From an uncultured Solirubrobacterales bacterium (GTDB lineage Bacteria; Actinomycetota; Thermoleophilia; Solirubrobacterales; 70-9): a stretch of DNA of 64,000 nt. The notes beneath the pieces were generated by a model. It saw only the letters and a program-made list of their open reading frames with translations, was not told where the DNA came from and ran no database searches. Each line of letters begins with the position of its first letter. Within the stretch, counting starts at the first letter, position 1. Location of the stretch: contig CAWGDM010000003.1 of assembly GCA_963821345.1 (NCBI GenBank), positions 39,690-103,689 of the forward strand, given 5' to 3'. The position numbers and the translations under genes are program-made. This document shows, in pieces, positions 8,467 through 17,803 of the stretch.

Positions 8467-10878
8467 ATGGGGAGGTTGCCGACGTCGTTGAAGCTGGGGT
8501 GCTGCGCGCTACCCGCGGTCGCGCTCGGCCTCTGGGCGCCGGCCGCCCAGGCGACCCGCGCTCCCGAGGTTCGCGACGGCGCGGCCCGCTTCGAGGTCCT
8601 GTCGCCGACCCTGATCAGGCTCGAGTACGCGGCCGACGGCAACTTCGAGGACCGCCCAACCTTGACCGTCCCGGCCCGCGGGGCGAAGCCGCCGCGCTAC
8701 TCGACCCGGGTCAAGGACGACGTCCGGGTGATCCGCACCGGCGGGATGGTGCTCCGCTACCGGATCGGCGGCGGCCCGTTCTCGCCCCACAACCTCCGCC
8801 TCAACATCCGCGGTCGCGGGCGGGTGCGACCCGGCTTCCCGGCGCCGGCGCCCGTCACCTCGGCCTCGCCGGCACCGATCGTGACGCCCCCGAACCCCGA
8901 TCCCGATCCGGCCCCGGCGACCTCGGGCAACCTCGGCGGCTGGTATCGAGGGCTCGACAGCCAGAGCGGGCCGGTGCCGTTGCACGACGGGCTGCTCTCG
9001 CGCGACGGCTGGTACCTGCTCGACGACACCAGCTCGCCGCTGCTCACCGACGGCTGGTTCGCCCCCCGCCCGGAGCACGACGGGCCGTACCAGGACGGCT
9101 ACCTGTTCGCCTACGGCGACGACTACGTGCGGGCACTGGGCGACTTCCGCAACCTCACCGGCCCGGCCCCGCTGCTGCCGCGCAAGGCGTTCGGCAACTG
9201 GTTCTCGCGCTACCAGGGCTACAGCGAGTCCGACTACCACGACCTGGTCGCCGAGTTCCGCGCCAACCGGGTGCCGCTCGACGTCCTGGTCGTCGACACC
9301 GACTACAAGTGGCCGAGCGACTGGGACGGCTGGCAGTGGACGCCCAACTACTTCGAGAACCCGAGCCGGTTCCTCAACTGGGCCCACTCCGAGGGCCTCG
9401 ACGTGACCCTCAACGTGCACCCGTCGATCCCGACCAACGACCCGCGCTACGCGGCCACCGACCAGCGGGCGGGCGGCCTGATCGACGGCGGCGACCGCTG
9501 CCGGGCGTTCATCCGCGACCAGACGGCCGCCTGCGGGGTCTGGGACTGGGCCCAGCGAGACGACGCAGCCTCGTACTTCGCCCTGCACGAGCCGTTCGAG
9601 CTCGCCGGGGTCGACAACTGGTGGCTCGACTACTGCTGCGACGAGAGCCGCGCCGATGCCCCGGGGCTGACGCCCGACACCTGGATCAACACCCTGTACG
9701 CCCAGCGCCAGCGGGCCCGCGGCACCCGATGGCTGCCGCTGTCGCGGATCGGCTCCTCGATGTTCGACTACAGCGGCGCGGCGACCGCCGGCGCCTGGGC
9801 CGAGCATCGCGACGCGATCCACTTCACCGGCGACACCTTCGGCACCTGGGCGATGCTCGACTTCCAGACCCGGTTCACCGCCGCCGAGGGCGCCGGGATC
9901 GGGCTCCCGTACGTCTCCCACGACATCGGCAGCTTCCATGCCAACGAGCTGGCCAATGACCTCTACCTGCGCTGGATCCAGTCGGGGCTGGTGCAGCCGA
10001 TCCTCCGCCTGCACTCCAACCACGCGCCGCGACTACCGTGGGAGTACGGCGGCCGGACCGGCGAGATCGCGGCGCTCTTCCTGCGCCTGCGCGAGTCGCT
10101 GGTCCCGTACCTGTACACGGTCGCCCGCCAGTCCTACGACACCGGGCTACCGATGGCGCGCGCGATGTACCTGGACTGGCCGAAGATCGCCGAGGCCTAC
10201 AAGTTCGACCGCCAGTACATGCTCGGCGACGAGCTGCTCGCGGCCCCGGTCGGTAGCCCGGGCTCGCCGGCTCACAAACGGGTCTGGTTTCCGCCGGGTC
10301 GGTGGGTCGACCTGTTCACCGGCGACGTCCACAGGGGCTCGCGGGTTGAGCGCCTGACCGTGCCGCTGGACCGGATGCCGCTGTTCGCCCGCGCGGGCTC
10401 GATCGTCCCTCGCGAGGAGTACGTCGAGCATGTCGGCCCCGGCACCCCCGATCCGCTGATCCTCAACGTCTACGCCGGCGACGACGGCGGCTTCACCCTG
10501 TATGAGGACGAGGGGGTCGGCTTCGGCTACCAGAAGGGGATCGCGGCGCGCACGCCGATGCGCTGGACCGAGGCCTCGCAGACCTCGACCCTGACCGTCG
10601 GCAAGCCGCGTGGTGACTACCCGGGCGACCCGGCCGCGCGTCGTTACAGCATCCGCGTGTCCGGCGTCGACCGCCCGACCCAGATCACGGTCGCGAGCGC
10701 GTCCGCGCGCCGCACGATCACCGACTTCGACTACGACGAGGCGGCGCGGCTGCTGATCGTCGACACGCCGGCGCTCACCACCAGGCGACCGGCGACCGTG
10801 ACCCTGGACTTCACCCCGCCCGAGCCACCGCGCCGCCACGGCGGCGGTCAGCATGGAGGCGACGGCGGGCACCGTTAG
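8467..10878 (+). CDS. Secreted glycoside hydrolase family 31
   Basis: Signal peptide. Motifs DVLVVDTDYKW, DNWWLDYCCDE and FTGDTFGTWAML are typical of GH31 alpha-glucosidase/xylosidase. Confidence 0.85.
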   Translation: MGRLPTSLKLGCCALPAVALGLWAPAAQATRAPEVRDGAARFEVLSPTLIRLEYAADGNFEDRPTLTVPARGAKPPRYSTRVKDDVRVIRTGGMVLRYRIGGGPFSPHNLRLNIRGRGRVRPGFPAPAPVTSASPAPIVTPPNPDPDPAPATSGNLGGWYRGLDSQSGPVPLHDGLLSRDGWYLLDDTSSPLLTDGWFAPRPEHDGPYQDGYLFAYGDDYVRALGDFRNLTGPAPLLPRKAFGNWFSRYQGYSESDYHDLVAEFRANRVPLDVLVVDTDYKWPSDWDGWQWTPNYFENPSRFLNWAHSEGLDVTLNVHPSIPTNDPRYAATDQRAGGLIDGGDRCRAFIRDQTAACGVWDWAQRDDAASYFALHEPFELAGVDNWWLDYCCDESRADAPGLTPDTWINTLYAQRQRARGTRWLPLSRIGSSMFDYSGAATAGAWAEHRDAIHFTGDTFGTWAMLDFQTRFTAAEGAGIGLPYVSHDIGSFHANELANDLYLRWIQSGLVQPILRLHSNHAPRLPWEYGGRTGEIAALFLRLRESLVPYLYTVARQSYDTGLPMARAMYLDWPKIAEAYKFDRQYMLGDELLAAPVGSPGSPAHKRVWFPPGRWVDLFTGDVHRGSRVERLTVPLDRMPLFARAGSIVPREEYVEHVGPGTPDPLILNVYAGDDGGFTLYEDEGVGFGYQKGIAARTPMRWTEASQTSTLTVGKPRGDYPGDPAARRYSIRVSGVDRPTQITVASASARRTITDFDYDEAARLLIVDTPALTTRRPATVTLDFTPPEPPRRHGGGQHGGDGGHR

Positions 10879-10888
10879 GCTCGCTGCG

Positions 10889-11632
10889 ATGGACGACCTG
10901 CTCGCGATCGAGACGGTCGGCGAGCTCACCGTGGTGCGGATCCAGCGCCCACCGGCGAACGCGCTCGACCCGGTTTTGCTCGCCGCCGGCGCCGAGGTGG
11001 TCGCACGACTGCGCGAGTTGGGTCCGGCCGCGGTCGTGATCACGGGCGTGGGCGAGTTCTTCTCCGGCGGCGTCGACCTGAAACTGGCGCCGACCCTGTC
11101 CGAGGCCGAGCAGCGGGGGATGGTCGACGGCATCAACCGCCTGTTCTTCGACTGGTACGGGCTGCTCTGCCCGGTGGTCGCCGCCGTCAATGGCCACGCG
11201 GTCGCCGGCGGCCTGATCCTCGCCCTGTGCGCCGACCACCGGGTCGGCTCGCTGCACGCCAGCTACGGGCTCACCGAGGTCAAGGTGGGCGCGCCCTACC
11301 CGGGCGCGGCGCTCGCGGCTGTCCGGGCCGAGCTGAGCCCGCCGGCGGCCCGTCGGCTGGTGCTCGAGGCCGAGCTGGTCGGCGCGGACGCGGCGCTGGC
11401 GCTGGGCCTGATCGACGAGATGGCCGAGGCCGACGACGTCCTGCCCGCGGCGCTCGAGGTCGCCGGGCGGTTGGCGGCGCTGCCGGGCGAGACCTACGCG
11501 CGGGTCAAGGCCCAGCTCCGGGCCCCCGCGCTGGCGGAGATGCGGGCGGCGGTCGAGGGCGACCCGCTGGCCGGCGCATGGCTGTCCGGCGAGACGGCCG
11601 GCGCCGCGGCGGGGGTGTTGCGGAAGGCGTAG
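10889..11632 (+). CDS. Enoyl-CoA hydratase/isomerase family protein
   Basis: VVRIQRPPANALD, FFSGGVDL, AAVNGHAVAGGLILALCAD. ATG 10889 lies just after the GH31 stop. Confidence 0.8.
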   Translation: MDDLLAIETVGELTVVRIQRPPANALDPVLLAAGAEVVARLRELGPAAVVITGVGEFFSGGVDLKLAPTLSEAEQRGMVDGINRLFFDWYGLLCPVVAAVNGHAVAGGLILALCADHRVGSLHASYGLTEVKVGAPYPGAALAAVRAELSPPAARRLVLEAELVGADAALALGLIDEMAEADDVLPAALEVAGRLAALPGETYARVKAQLRAPALAEMRAAVEGDPLAGAWLSGETAGAAAGVLRKA

Positions 11633-11681
11633 GCGTGCGCCCGGGGTCGAGCGGGGGGTTGGTGGGCTCGCGTTTCGGTGC

Positions 11682-13163
11682 CTAGATCGCGACCCGGTAG
11701 TCGCCGGGGTTGATCCGCTTGGTCCGTCGCCGGTACTCGAGCCACGGGCCGGGCCAGTTGTTGGTGTTCTCGCCCTTGCCGTTCAGATACCAGCTGGTGC
11801 AGCCGCCCGAGGCCCAGACCGTGTCGGCGCTGCGCTCCGCCATCTCGCGCGCCCACGCCTCCTGCACCTCGGGGCGCAGGTCGATCCAGCGATAGCCGCC
11901 TGCCCGCAGCCGCCCGATCGCGTCGAGCACGTAGTTGAACTGCGACTCGAGCGTGTACGGGACCGAGCCCGAGCCGTGGTTGGTGTTCGGGCCGTAGAGG
12001 ATGAACAGGTTCGGGAAGCCCGAGACCGTGGTCCCGAGGAAGGCCTCGGGGCGATCGGCCCAGACCCCGTTCAGCTCGCGGCCCTCGAGCCCGTGGACGT
12101 CCATCGGGGCGACGAAGTTGTGGCTCTCGAAGCCGGTGCCGAAGATGATCGCGTCGGCCTCGAACTCGCTGCCGTCGCGCCCGACGACGCCGGTCGCCGT
12201 GACCCGCTCGACCCCGCCGGCGTGCAGCTCGACGTCGTCGCGGGTCAGGGTCGGATACCAGTCGCTGGTGAACAGGACCCGCTTGCAGCCGAGCTCGTAG
12301 TCGGGCGTCGCCTTCGCCAGCAGCTCGGGGTCATGGCCGAGCCGGCGCCGGCGCTCCCAGTCGGCGATCCGGCGGAACGGCTTGAACACCCAGGCCTTGC
12401 CGGTGAACGCGTACGTGGCGGTCTCGAAGAAGGCGAAGAAGCCGGCCCGGCTGGCGGCCACCCGCGCGGGGAAGCGGCGAAACACCGCCTGCTCCCAGCG
12501 CGGATAGGTGCGGTCCAGCTTCGGCACGATCCACGGCGCCGAGCGCTGGAAGATCGCGGTCGCGGCGGCCACCTTGGCGACCTCGGGCACGAACTGGATC
12601 GCGCTCGCGCCGGTGCCGATCACCGCCACCCGCTTGCCGGTCAGGTCGACGTCGTGGTCCCATTCGGCCGAGTGGAAGACGGGGCCCTCGAACTCGTCGA
12701 GGCCACCGACGTTCGGGATCGCCGGCCGGGTCAGCTGCCCGCAGGCGGTGACCAGGAAGTCGAACTGGCGCTCCTCGCCGCCGTCGGTGCGGACCGTCCA
12801 GCGGCCGGCCTCGGAGTCGAACGAGGCGTCGACGATCTCGGTCCGCAGCGACAGATGCGGCTCGATCCCGTAGTCGGCGGCGCACTCGCCCAGGTAGGAG
12901 AGGATCTCGCGCTGCGGCGCGTAGCGGCGCGACCAGCGGTGGCCCGGGGCAAACGAGAACGAGTACAGGTGCGAGGGCACGTCGCAGGCCGCGCCGGGGT
13001 AGGTGTTCGCCCGCCAGACGCCGCCGACCGTGTCGCCGCGCTCGAAGATCTCAAACGACTCGATCCCGGCCTGGCGCAGCTTGATCCCCATGCCGACGCC
13101 CCCGAAGCCGGCTCCAACGATGCCGACCGAAGGCTCACGTTGCGCGCCGTTCGTGCTGCCCAT
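11682..13163 (-). CDS. Flavin-dependent (Baeyer-Villiger type) monooxygenase
   Basis: GIVGAGFGGVG FAD site, GGVWRANTYPGAACDVPSHLYSFSF, FEGPVFHSAEWDHD fingerprint, second GTGASA site. Start set at MGSTNG (13163). The upstream extension is Arg-rich. Confidence 0.85.
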   Translation of the reverse strand: MGSTNGAQREPSVGIVGAGFGGVGMGIKLRQAGIESFEIFERGDTVGGVWRANTYPGAACDVPSHLYSFSFAPGHRWSRRYAPQREILSYLGECAADYGIEPHLSLRTEIVDASFDSEAGRWTVRTDGGEERQFDFLVTACGQLTRPAIPNVGGLDEFEGPVFHSAEWDHDVDLTGKRVAVIGTGASAIQFVPEVAKVAAATAIFQRSAPWIVPKLDRTYPRWEQAVFRRFPARVAASRAGFFAFFETATYAFTGKAWVFKPFRRIADWERRRRLGHDPELLAKATPDYELGCKRVLFTSDWYPTLTRDDVELHAGGVERVTATGVVGRDGSEFEADAIIFGTGFESHNFVAPMDVHGLEGRELNGVWADRPEAFLGTTVSGFPNLFILYGPNTNHGSGSVPYTLESQFNYVLDAIGRLRAGGYRWIDLRPEVQEAWAREMAERSADTVWASGGCTSWYLNGKGENTNNWPGPWLEYRRRTKRINPGDYRVAI

Positions 13164-13207
13164 GCTGCGCCGGAGACTACGCCCGTGACGGCATGTTCGC
13201 GCCGTGC

Positions 13208-14131
13208 TCAGGAGCGCTGGAAGAGGTACTCGCTGATCCCGAGGCCCTCGGCGTCGCCCCAGCGCAGCCTGGTCCGTCCCTCGTTGACCACCGTCAGGTG
13301 CCCATCGCGGCGCTGGCGAAGCGGGGCGACGCTGATCGCCTCGCCCTCCAGCTCGACCTCGCGCCCGAGCTCGTCGGTGGCGCGGGCGTGAAAGCGCCGC
13401 TGGCAGCCGAGCTCGGGGTCGAGCTCGGAGGCCGTCTCGCACGAGGCGACCGCGGCGGCGGTGCCGTCGCGCATCACCAGCCCGCCGCAGGTCTCGCCGC
13501 CGTCGGCGGTGCCGACGTTGTTGATCATCAGGAAGTTGTCGGGGTCGACGACGATCCCGAACCAGCGCCAGTAGGGGACACCCTGCCAGTCGCGCACGCC
13601 CCAGGAGTGATCGCGCATGCCGCGGCCGGCGATCGGGATCCGCTCACCAGCGAGCTCGATCACCCCCGCCAGCGAACCCGGCTGCTCGTAGTGGCGGGAG
13701 GCGACGGCGCCGGTGAGCCCGGCCTCGAAGCCGACCGGGTCGATCCAGGGCGCGAAGCGCAGCTCACCGCCGAGCTCGACCTCCTGGTAAGCGTCCGGCG
13801 CCAGGGCAAGGTCCTCGGCCCGGCCGTAGGCCCGCCCGCGCCCTTCGATCCGCAGGCGCCAGAGCTCGAACGGGAGCCCGCATTCATAGGCGACCGGGCC
13901 GGCGCTGATCGTTTCGGAATCGGGGGCGCGGCCGAAGGCGAGCACGAAGCGCCCGTCGGGCGCCCAGATCCCCAGCGCGCCCTCGACCACGCCCTCGTTC
14001 GGGCGCCGGCCGATACGGGTGTAGAGGGTGGTGTCGGCGTCGCCGCCACCGAAGTAGAACGAGTCCGACCATTGCTCCTCGCCGCCCGGCGGCTGGAAAC
14101 GCTCCTGGTCCTGGCTGTGCCCGGGGGTCAT
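13208..14131 (-). CDS. Conserved hypothetical protein (RDHSWG motif, possibly CrtC/AttH-like fold)
   Basis: 307 aa with balanced composition and high GC3. Lies directly upstream of and co-directional with the monooxygenase. The family call is tentative. Confidence 0.6.
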   Translation of the reverse strand: MTPGHSQDQERFQPPGGEEQWSDSFYFGGGDADTTLYTRIGRRPNEGVVEGALGIWAPDGRFVLAFGRAPDSETISAGPVAYECGLPFELWRLRIEGRGRAYGRAEDLALAPDAYQEVELGGELRFAPWIDPVGFEAGLTGAVASRHYEQPGSLAGVIELAGERIPIAGRGMRDHSWGVRDWQGVPYWRWFGIVVDPDNFLMINNVGTADGGETCGGLVMRDGTAAAVASCETASELDPELGCQRRFHARATDELGREVELEGEAISVAPLRQRRDGHLTVVNEGRTRLRWGDAEGLGISEYLFQRS

Positions 14132-14198
14132 CCCCCGGGATCAGATCAGGAACCGGCCTTCGTCTGCGCCGCGCTTCGCTACCCTAGCCCGCGCAGGG

Positions 14199-15117
14199 AT
14201 GGAGTTGTCGACGAGATTCCGGGCCGGGGGGGTCTCAGGCTCAACGGCGCTGGCGCTGGTTGCGCTGGCGATCGCAGCCGTGCCCGCAGCGGCACAGGAG
14301 GCGCCGCAGTGCCTGAAGGGCGACAAGAAGCTCAGCGACCACAAGGACAACTGGACCGGGACCAACCGCCACGACAGCGTCACCGGCCTGCGCGGCAAGG
14401 ACAAGCTGAACGGCCGCGGGGGTCCGGATCTGCTCAACGGCGGGCGCGACAACGACATCGTCAGGGGCGGCTCCGGTGACGACATCGTCTGCGGCGGGCG
14501 CAGCGCCGACCACCTTTACGGCGGCCCCGGCGACGACGTCATCTACGGCGAGGAGGAGAACGACTTCATCGATCCCGGCCCCGGGCAACGACAAGGTGCT
14601 GGGCTCGGCCGGCGACGACAAGATCATCGGCTACGGCCAGCAGGGTGGCGAGATCATCGACGACGGGATCGACATCCTCGACGGCGGCTTCAACGACGAC
14701 GTGATCATCGCCGGCGGCGCCGACACCCTGCTCGGCTTCACCCACGACGACATCCTCAAGACCAAGACCCCCGACATCGCTCCGGCGCGCATGGACGGCG
14801 GCGGCAACGACGACAGGATCTACGGATCCGACAGGGCCGACGCCATGTTCGGCGGCGAGAACGGCGCCGACAAGCTCCACGGCGCCGGCGGCAACGACAA
14901 AATGGTCGGCCAGGGCAACGACGACGAGCTCTACGGCCAGGCCGGCGACGACGATCTCGACGGCGGCGACGGGGTCGACTTCCTCGACGGCGGCCGCGGC
15001 CGCGACTCCTGCGACGGCGGCTCGCTCGACGACAAGGCCCACGATTGCGAGCACAAGCGGTCGATCGAGGGCCACGGCAGCTCACCGCGGCTGCTGCGGC
15101 GTTACACGCTCCGCTAG
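14199..15117 (+). pseudogene. RTX-like Ca-binding repeat protein, paralog A, frameshifted
   Basis: Signal peptide plus GGxGxD repeats in frame 1 up to about 14580. The homologous continuation (GNDKVLGSAGDDKIIGYG...) is in the frame of ORF 14476-15117. There is one extra base relative to paralog B at 14576-14586. Confidence 0.6.
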
Positions 15118-15191
15118 GCGGCCTCGATAACAGGCGTCCGACGGGCGCGTGACGATTCAAGAGATCTCGGGTTCTCCCGATAGGTAATGCG

Positions 15192-16064
15192 ATGCGCACT
15201 CGCGTGAACACGCTCGCCCTTGCGCTCTGCGCCGTGGTGGCGCTGTCTGTTCTGCCCGGGCTCGCGGCCGCCCAGGAGGCGCCGATCTGCCTCAAGGGCG
15301 ACGAGCGGCTCGACGACGGCAAGAACAACTGGGTCGGCAGCAACGGCCACGACAGCGTCACCGGCCTGCGCGGCAAGGACCACCTGATCGGCCGCGGCGG
15401 CAGCGACCTACTCAACGGCGGCCGTGACAACGACACGGTCGAGGGCGGCCAGGGCAACGACATCCTCTGCGGCGGGCGCAGCGCCGACCACCTCTACGGC
15501 GGCCCCGGCGACGACGTCATCTACGGCGAGGAGGAGAACGACTTCATCGATCCCGGGCCCGGCAACGACAAGGTGCTGGGCTCGGCCGGCGACGACAAGA
15601 TCATCGGCTACGGCCAGCAGGGTGGCGAGATCATCGACGACGGGATCGACATCCTCGACGGCGGCTTCAACGACGACGTGATCATCGCCGGCGGCGCCGA
15701 CACCCTGCTCGGCTTCACCCACGACGACACGCTCAGCACCGCGACCCCTGACGTCGCCCCGGCGCTGATGGACGGCGGCGGCAACGATGACGTCATCTAC
15801 GGCTCCGAGGCGGACGACTTCATCCGCGGCGGCGAGCGCCTCTCGGGTGACGACAAGCTCTTCGGCCTCGGCGGCAACGACAAGATCTTCGGCGACGGCA
15901 ACGACGACGACCTCCACGGTGGGCTCGGCGACGACGACCTCTACGGCGGCGATGGATTCGACACGCTCGACGGCGGCCCCGGCGACGACACCTGCGACGG
16001 CGGCGACCTCAAGGACACCGCTGTCGACTGTCTGCGCGAGATCGCGGTCGAGGTCCTGCGCTAG
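15192..16064 (+). CDS. Secreted RTX-like Ca-binding repeat protein, paralog B (intact)
   Basis: Signal peptide ...LPGLAAAQEAPICLKGD followed by many GGxGxD/GxxGNDxL nonapeptide-type repeats. 290 aa. Confidence 0.8.
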   Translation: MRTRVNTLALALCAVVALSVLPGLAAAQEAPICLKGDERLDDGKNNWVGSNGHDSVTGLRGKDHLIGRGGSDLLNGGRDNDTVEGGQGNDILCGGRSADHLYGGPGDDVIYGEEENDFIDPGPGNDKVLGSAGDDKIIGYGQQGGEIIDDGIDILDGGFNDDVIIAGGADTLLGFTHDDTLSTATPDVAPALMDGGGNDDVIYGSEADDFIRGGERLSGDDKLFGLGGNDKIFGDGNDDDLHGGLGDDDLYGGDGFDTLDGGPGDDTCDGGDLKDTAVDCLREIAVEVLR

Positions 16065-16076
16065 CGCCCAGGGTCG

Positions 16077-16235
16077 CTACGGATCGAGCCGGGGCAACTC
16101 GGTCTCGGTCGTCGGCGGCTCCGCCCGCAGCTCCTCGGTCGGCGGCTCGGCGGCCTGAGCGTTCGCCTCCCGCGGCACGATCACCGCGACCAGCCTGTGG
16201 GTGGACGTGTCCACCGACCCGTTTCCGTTCAGCAT
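16077..16235 (-). CDS. Unannotated 52-aa ORF downstream of the P450
   Basis: GAAAGGAG sits 5 nt before ATG 16235. Sequence MLNGNGSVDTSTHRLVAVIVPREANAQAAEPPTEELRAEPPTTETELPRLDP*. Almost all third positions are G/C. Below the ORF-track size cutoff. Confidence 0.45.
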   Translation of the reverse strand: MLNGNGSVDTSTHRLVAVIVPREANAQAAEPPTEELRAEPPTTETELPRLDP

Positions 16236-16286
16236 CCCGGCTCCTTTCTCTAGTAATTCAGTAGAGAATGAGCTTGGGATCGTAGC

Positions 16287-17741
16287 TCAGCGCTCGCGAA
16301 CGCGCATCTCGAGGCCGCCGTCGGGGGACAGGGTCGGCATCTGGCGGATGGTCATCGTCCGTCCCGGCATCCGCTCGAAGCTCAGGCGCCGAAGCGCCAT
16401 CGTCGCCACCAGCTTCACCTCGGTCTGGCCGAAGCGCTTGCCGATGCAGATCCGCGAGCCACCCCCGAAGGGGACGTAGGCACCGCGCGGCAGCGCCGTC
16501 TTACGTTCGCGAGTGAAGCGCTCGGGGATGAACGCCTCCGGGTCGGGGAAGACCTCTGGCAGCCGGTGGCTGGCCCAGGAGACGTAGTTGACGTGCGCCC
16601 CCGCGGGCACCGTGCAGCCGCCGAACTCGAAGTCGCGAACCGCTCGCCGGGGCCCGATCCAGGCGGGCGGGTAGAGGCGCAGGACCTCGTCGACAACCAT
16701 CTCCAGGTACGGAAGCTCGCCGGCCAGCTGCGCGGGGGTCGGCGGCGCGTCGCCCAGCACCTCGTCTTGCTCGGCCTGCAGTTTCGCCAGCGCCTCCGGA
16801 TTGCGAGCGAGCTCGTAGAGGAGGAAGGAGACGGTTGAGGTCGAGGTGTCGTGGCCGGCGAACATCAGGGTCATCAGCTGGTCGCGAACCTCCTCGTCGG
16901 AGAGGCTGCTGCCGTCCTCGTCGCGGGCGACCAGCAGCAGGCTGAGGACGTCGGTGCGGCCCGGGTCGGGGGCCGCGCGGCGGCCGTTGATCTCGTCGGC
17001 GACGATCCGGTCGAGCACCTTGCGCGAGCTGGTCAACCGCCTCCAAGGCGAGCCTGGGCCGCGCAGCAGCCGCAGGTGGTAATCGGTGCCGTAGAAGCTG
17101 AGCGCGCGCTCGAAGTGCTCGGCCGCGGCCTGGCCACGACCGGCGTCGTCGGGGTCGAGGCCGAGGAGCGCCCGCATCGCGATCCGCATCGCCAAGCTGC
17201 GCATCCAGGCGTAGACGTCGACGACCGCCCCGGGGCGCATCGTCTTCAGTGCGGCCGCCGTTTCGCCGGTCATCGTCGCCACCGCGGCCTCGATCTGCTC
17301 GCGGTGAAAGGCGGGCATCATGATCCGCCGGGCGCGGTCGTGGTAGCCGCCGTCGATCGTCAGCAGGCCGTCGCCGAGCAGCGGGATCAGGTCCCCGAAG
17401 CTGCCCTCGCGCCAGTGGAAGTTCTGCGGATGGGTGACGGTGACGTAGGTGTTCGCCTCCGGCCCGAGCATGAAGACGACCTTCCCGTGCAGCAGCCGGA
17501 GGCTGAAGATCGGGCCGTAGCGCTCGTAGGCCCGCAGCAGGATCGGCAGCGGGTCGTGGGCCATTTGCCTGGTGCGGGCGAAGTCGAAGTTGGTGTCGCC
17601 GGGGGGAAACGGGACTCGCGCCCGCCGCTCGCTGCGGACGTCCTCGAGCACCCGCGCCAAGGGATTGGACGAGGCCGGCTCGGGTCGGGCGTCGGTCTCG
17701 GGCAGCCCGTAGGCGGGCGTTTCGGTCTCGGTGGTGGCCAT
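16287..17741 (-). CDS. Cytochrome P450
   Basis: FGGGSRICIGKRFG heme-Cys loop, AGHDTSTS I-helix, ExxR (EVLR). Start set at MATTETE (17741). Confidence 0.9.
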   Translation of the reverse strand: MATTETETPAYGLPETDARPEPASSNPLARVLEDVRSERRARVPFPPGDTNFDFARTRQMAHDPLPILLRAYERYGPIFSLRLLHGKVVFMLGPEANTYVTVTHPQNFHWREGSFGDLIPLLGDGLLTIDGGYHDRARRIMMPAFHREQIEAAVATMTGETAAALKTMRPGAVVDVYAWMRSLAMRIAMRALLGLDPDDAGRGQAAAEHFERALSFYGTDYHLRLLRGPGSPWRRLTSSRKVLDRIVADEINGRRAAPDPGRTDVLSLLLVARDEDGSSLSDEEVRDQLMTLMFAGHDTSTSTVSFLLYELARNPEALAKLQAEQDEVLGDAPPTPAQLAGELPYLEMVVDEVLRLYPPAWIGPRRAVRDFEFGGCTVPAGAHVNYVSWASHRLPEVFPDPEAFIPERFTRERKTALPRGAYVPFGGGSRICIGKRFGQTEVKLVATMALRRLSFERMPGRTMTIRQMPTLSPDGGLEMRVRER

Positions 17742-17803
17742 CGCTTCACCCTGAAACCTACGTGTAGGCTGCGCGGGACCACCTACCAGGAGGAGAGTTT
17801 GAG

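Noticed and set aside
14199-15152. 317-aa single-frame reading of RTX paralog A.
   Set aside because: After about 14580 this frame turns into an Arg/His-rich string. The sequence homologous to paralog B continues in another frame, so this is a frameshifted gene and not a 317-aa protein.
17742-17803. Short inverted repeat CCTACgtGTAGG between the P450 and SDR genes, considered as an operator.
   Set aside because: It has only 5-bp arms and no adjacent regulator. That is too weak to call.
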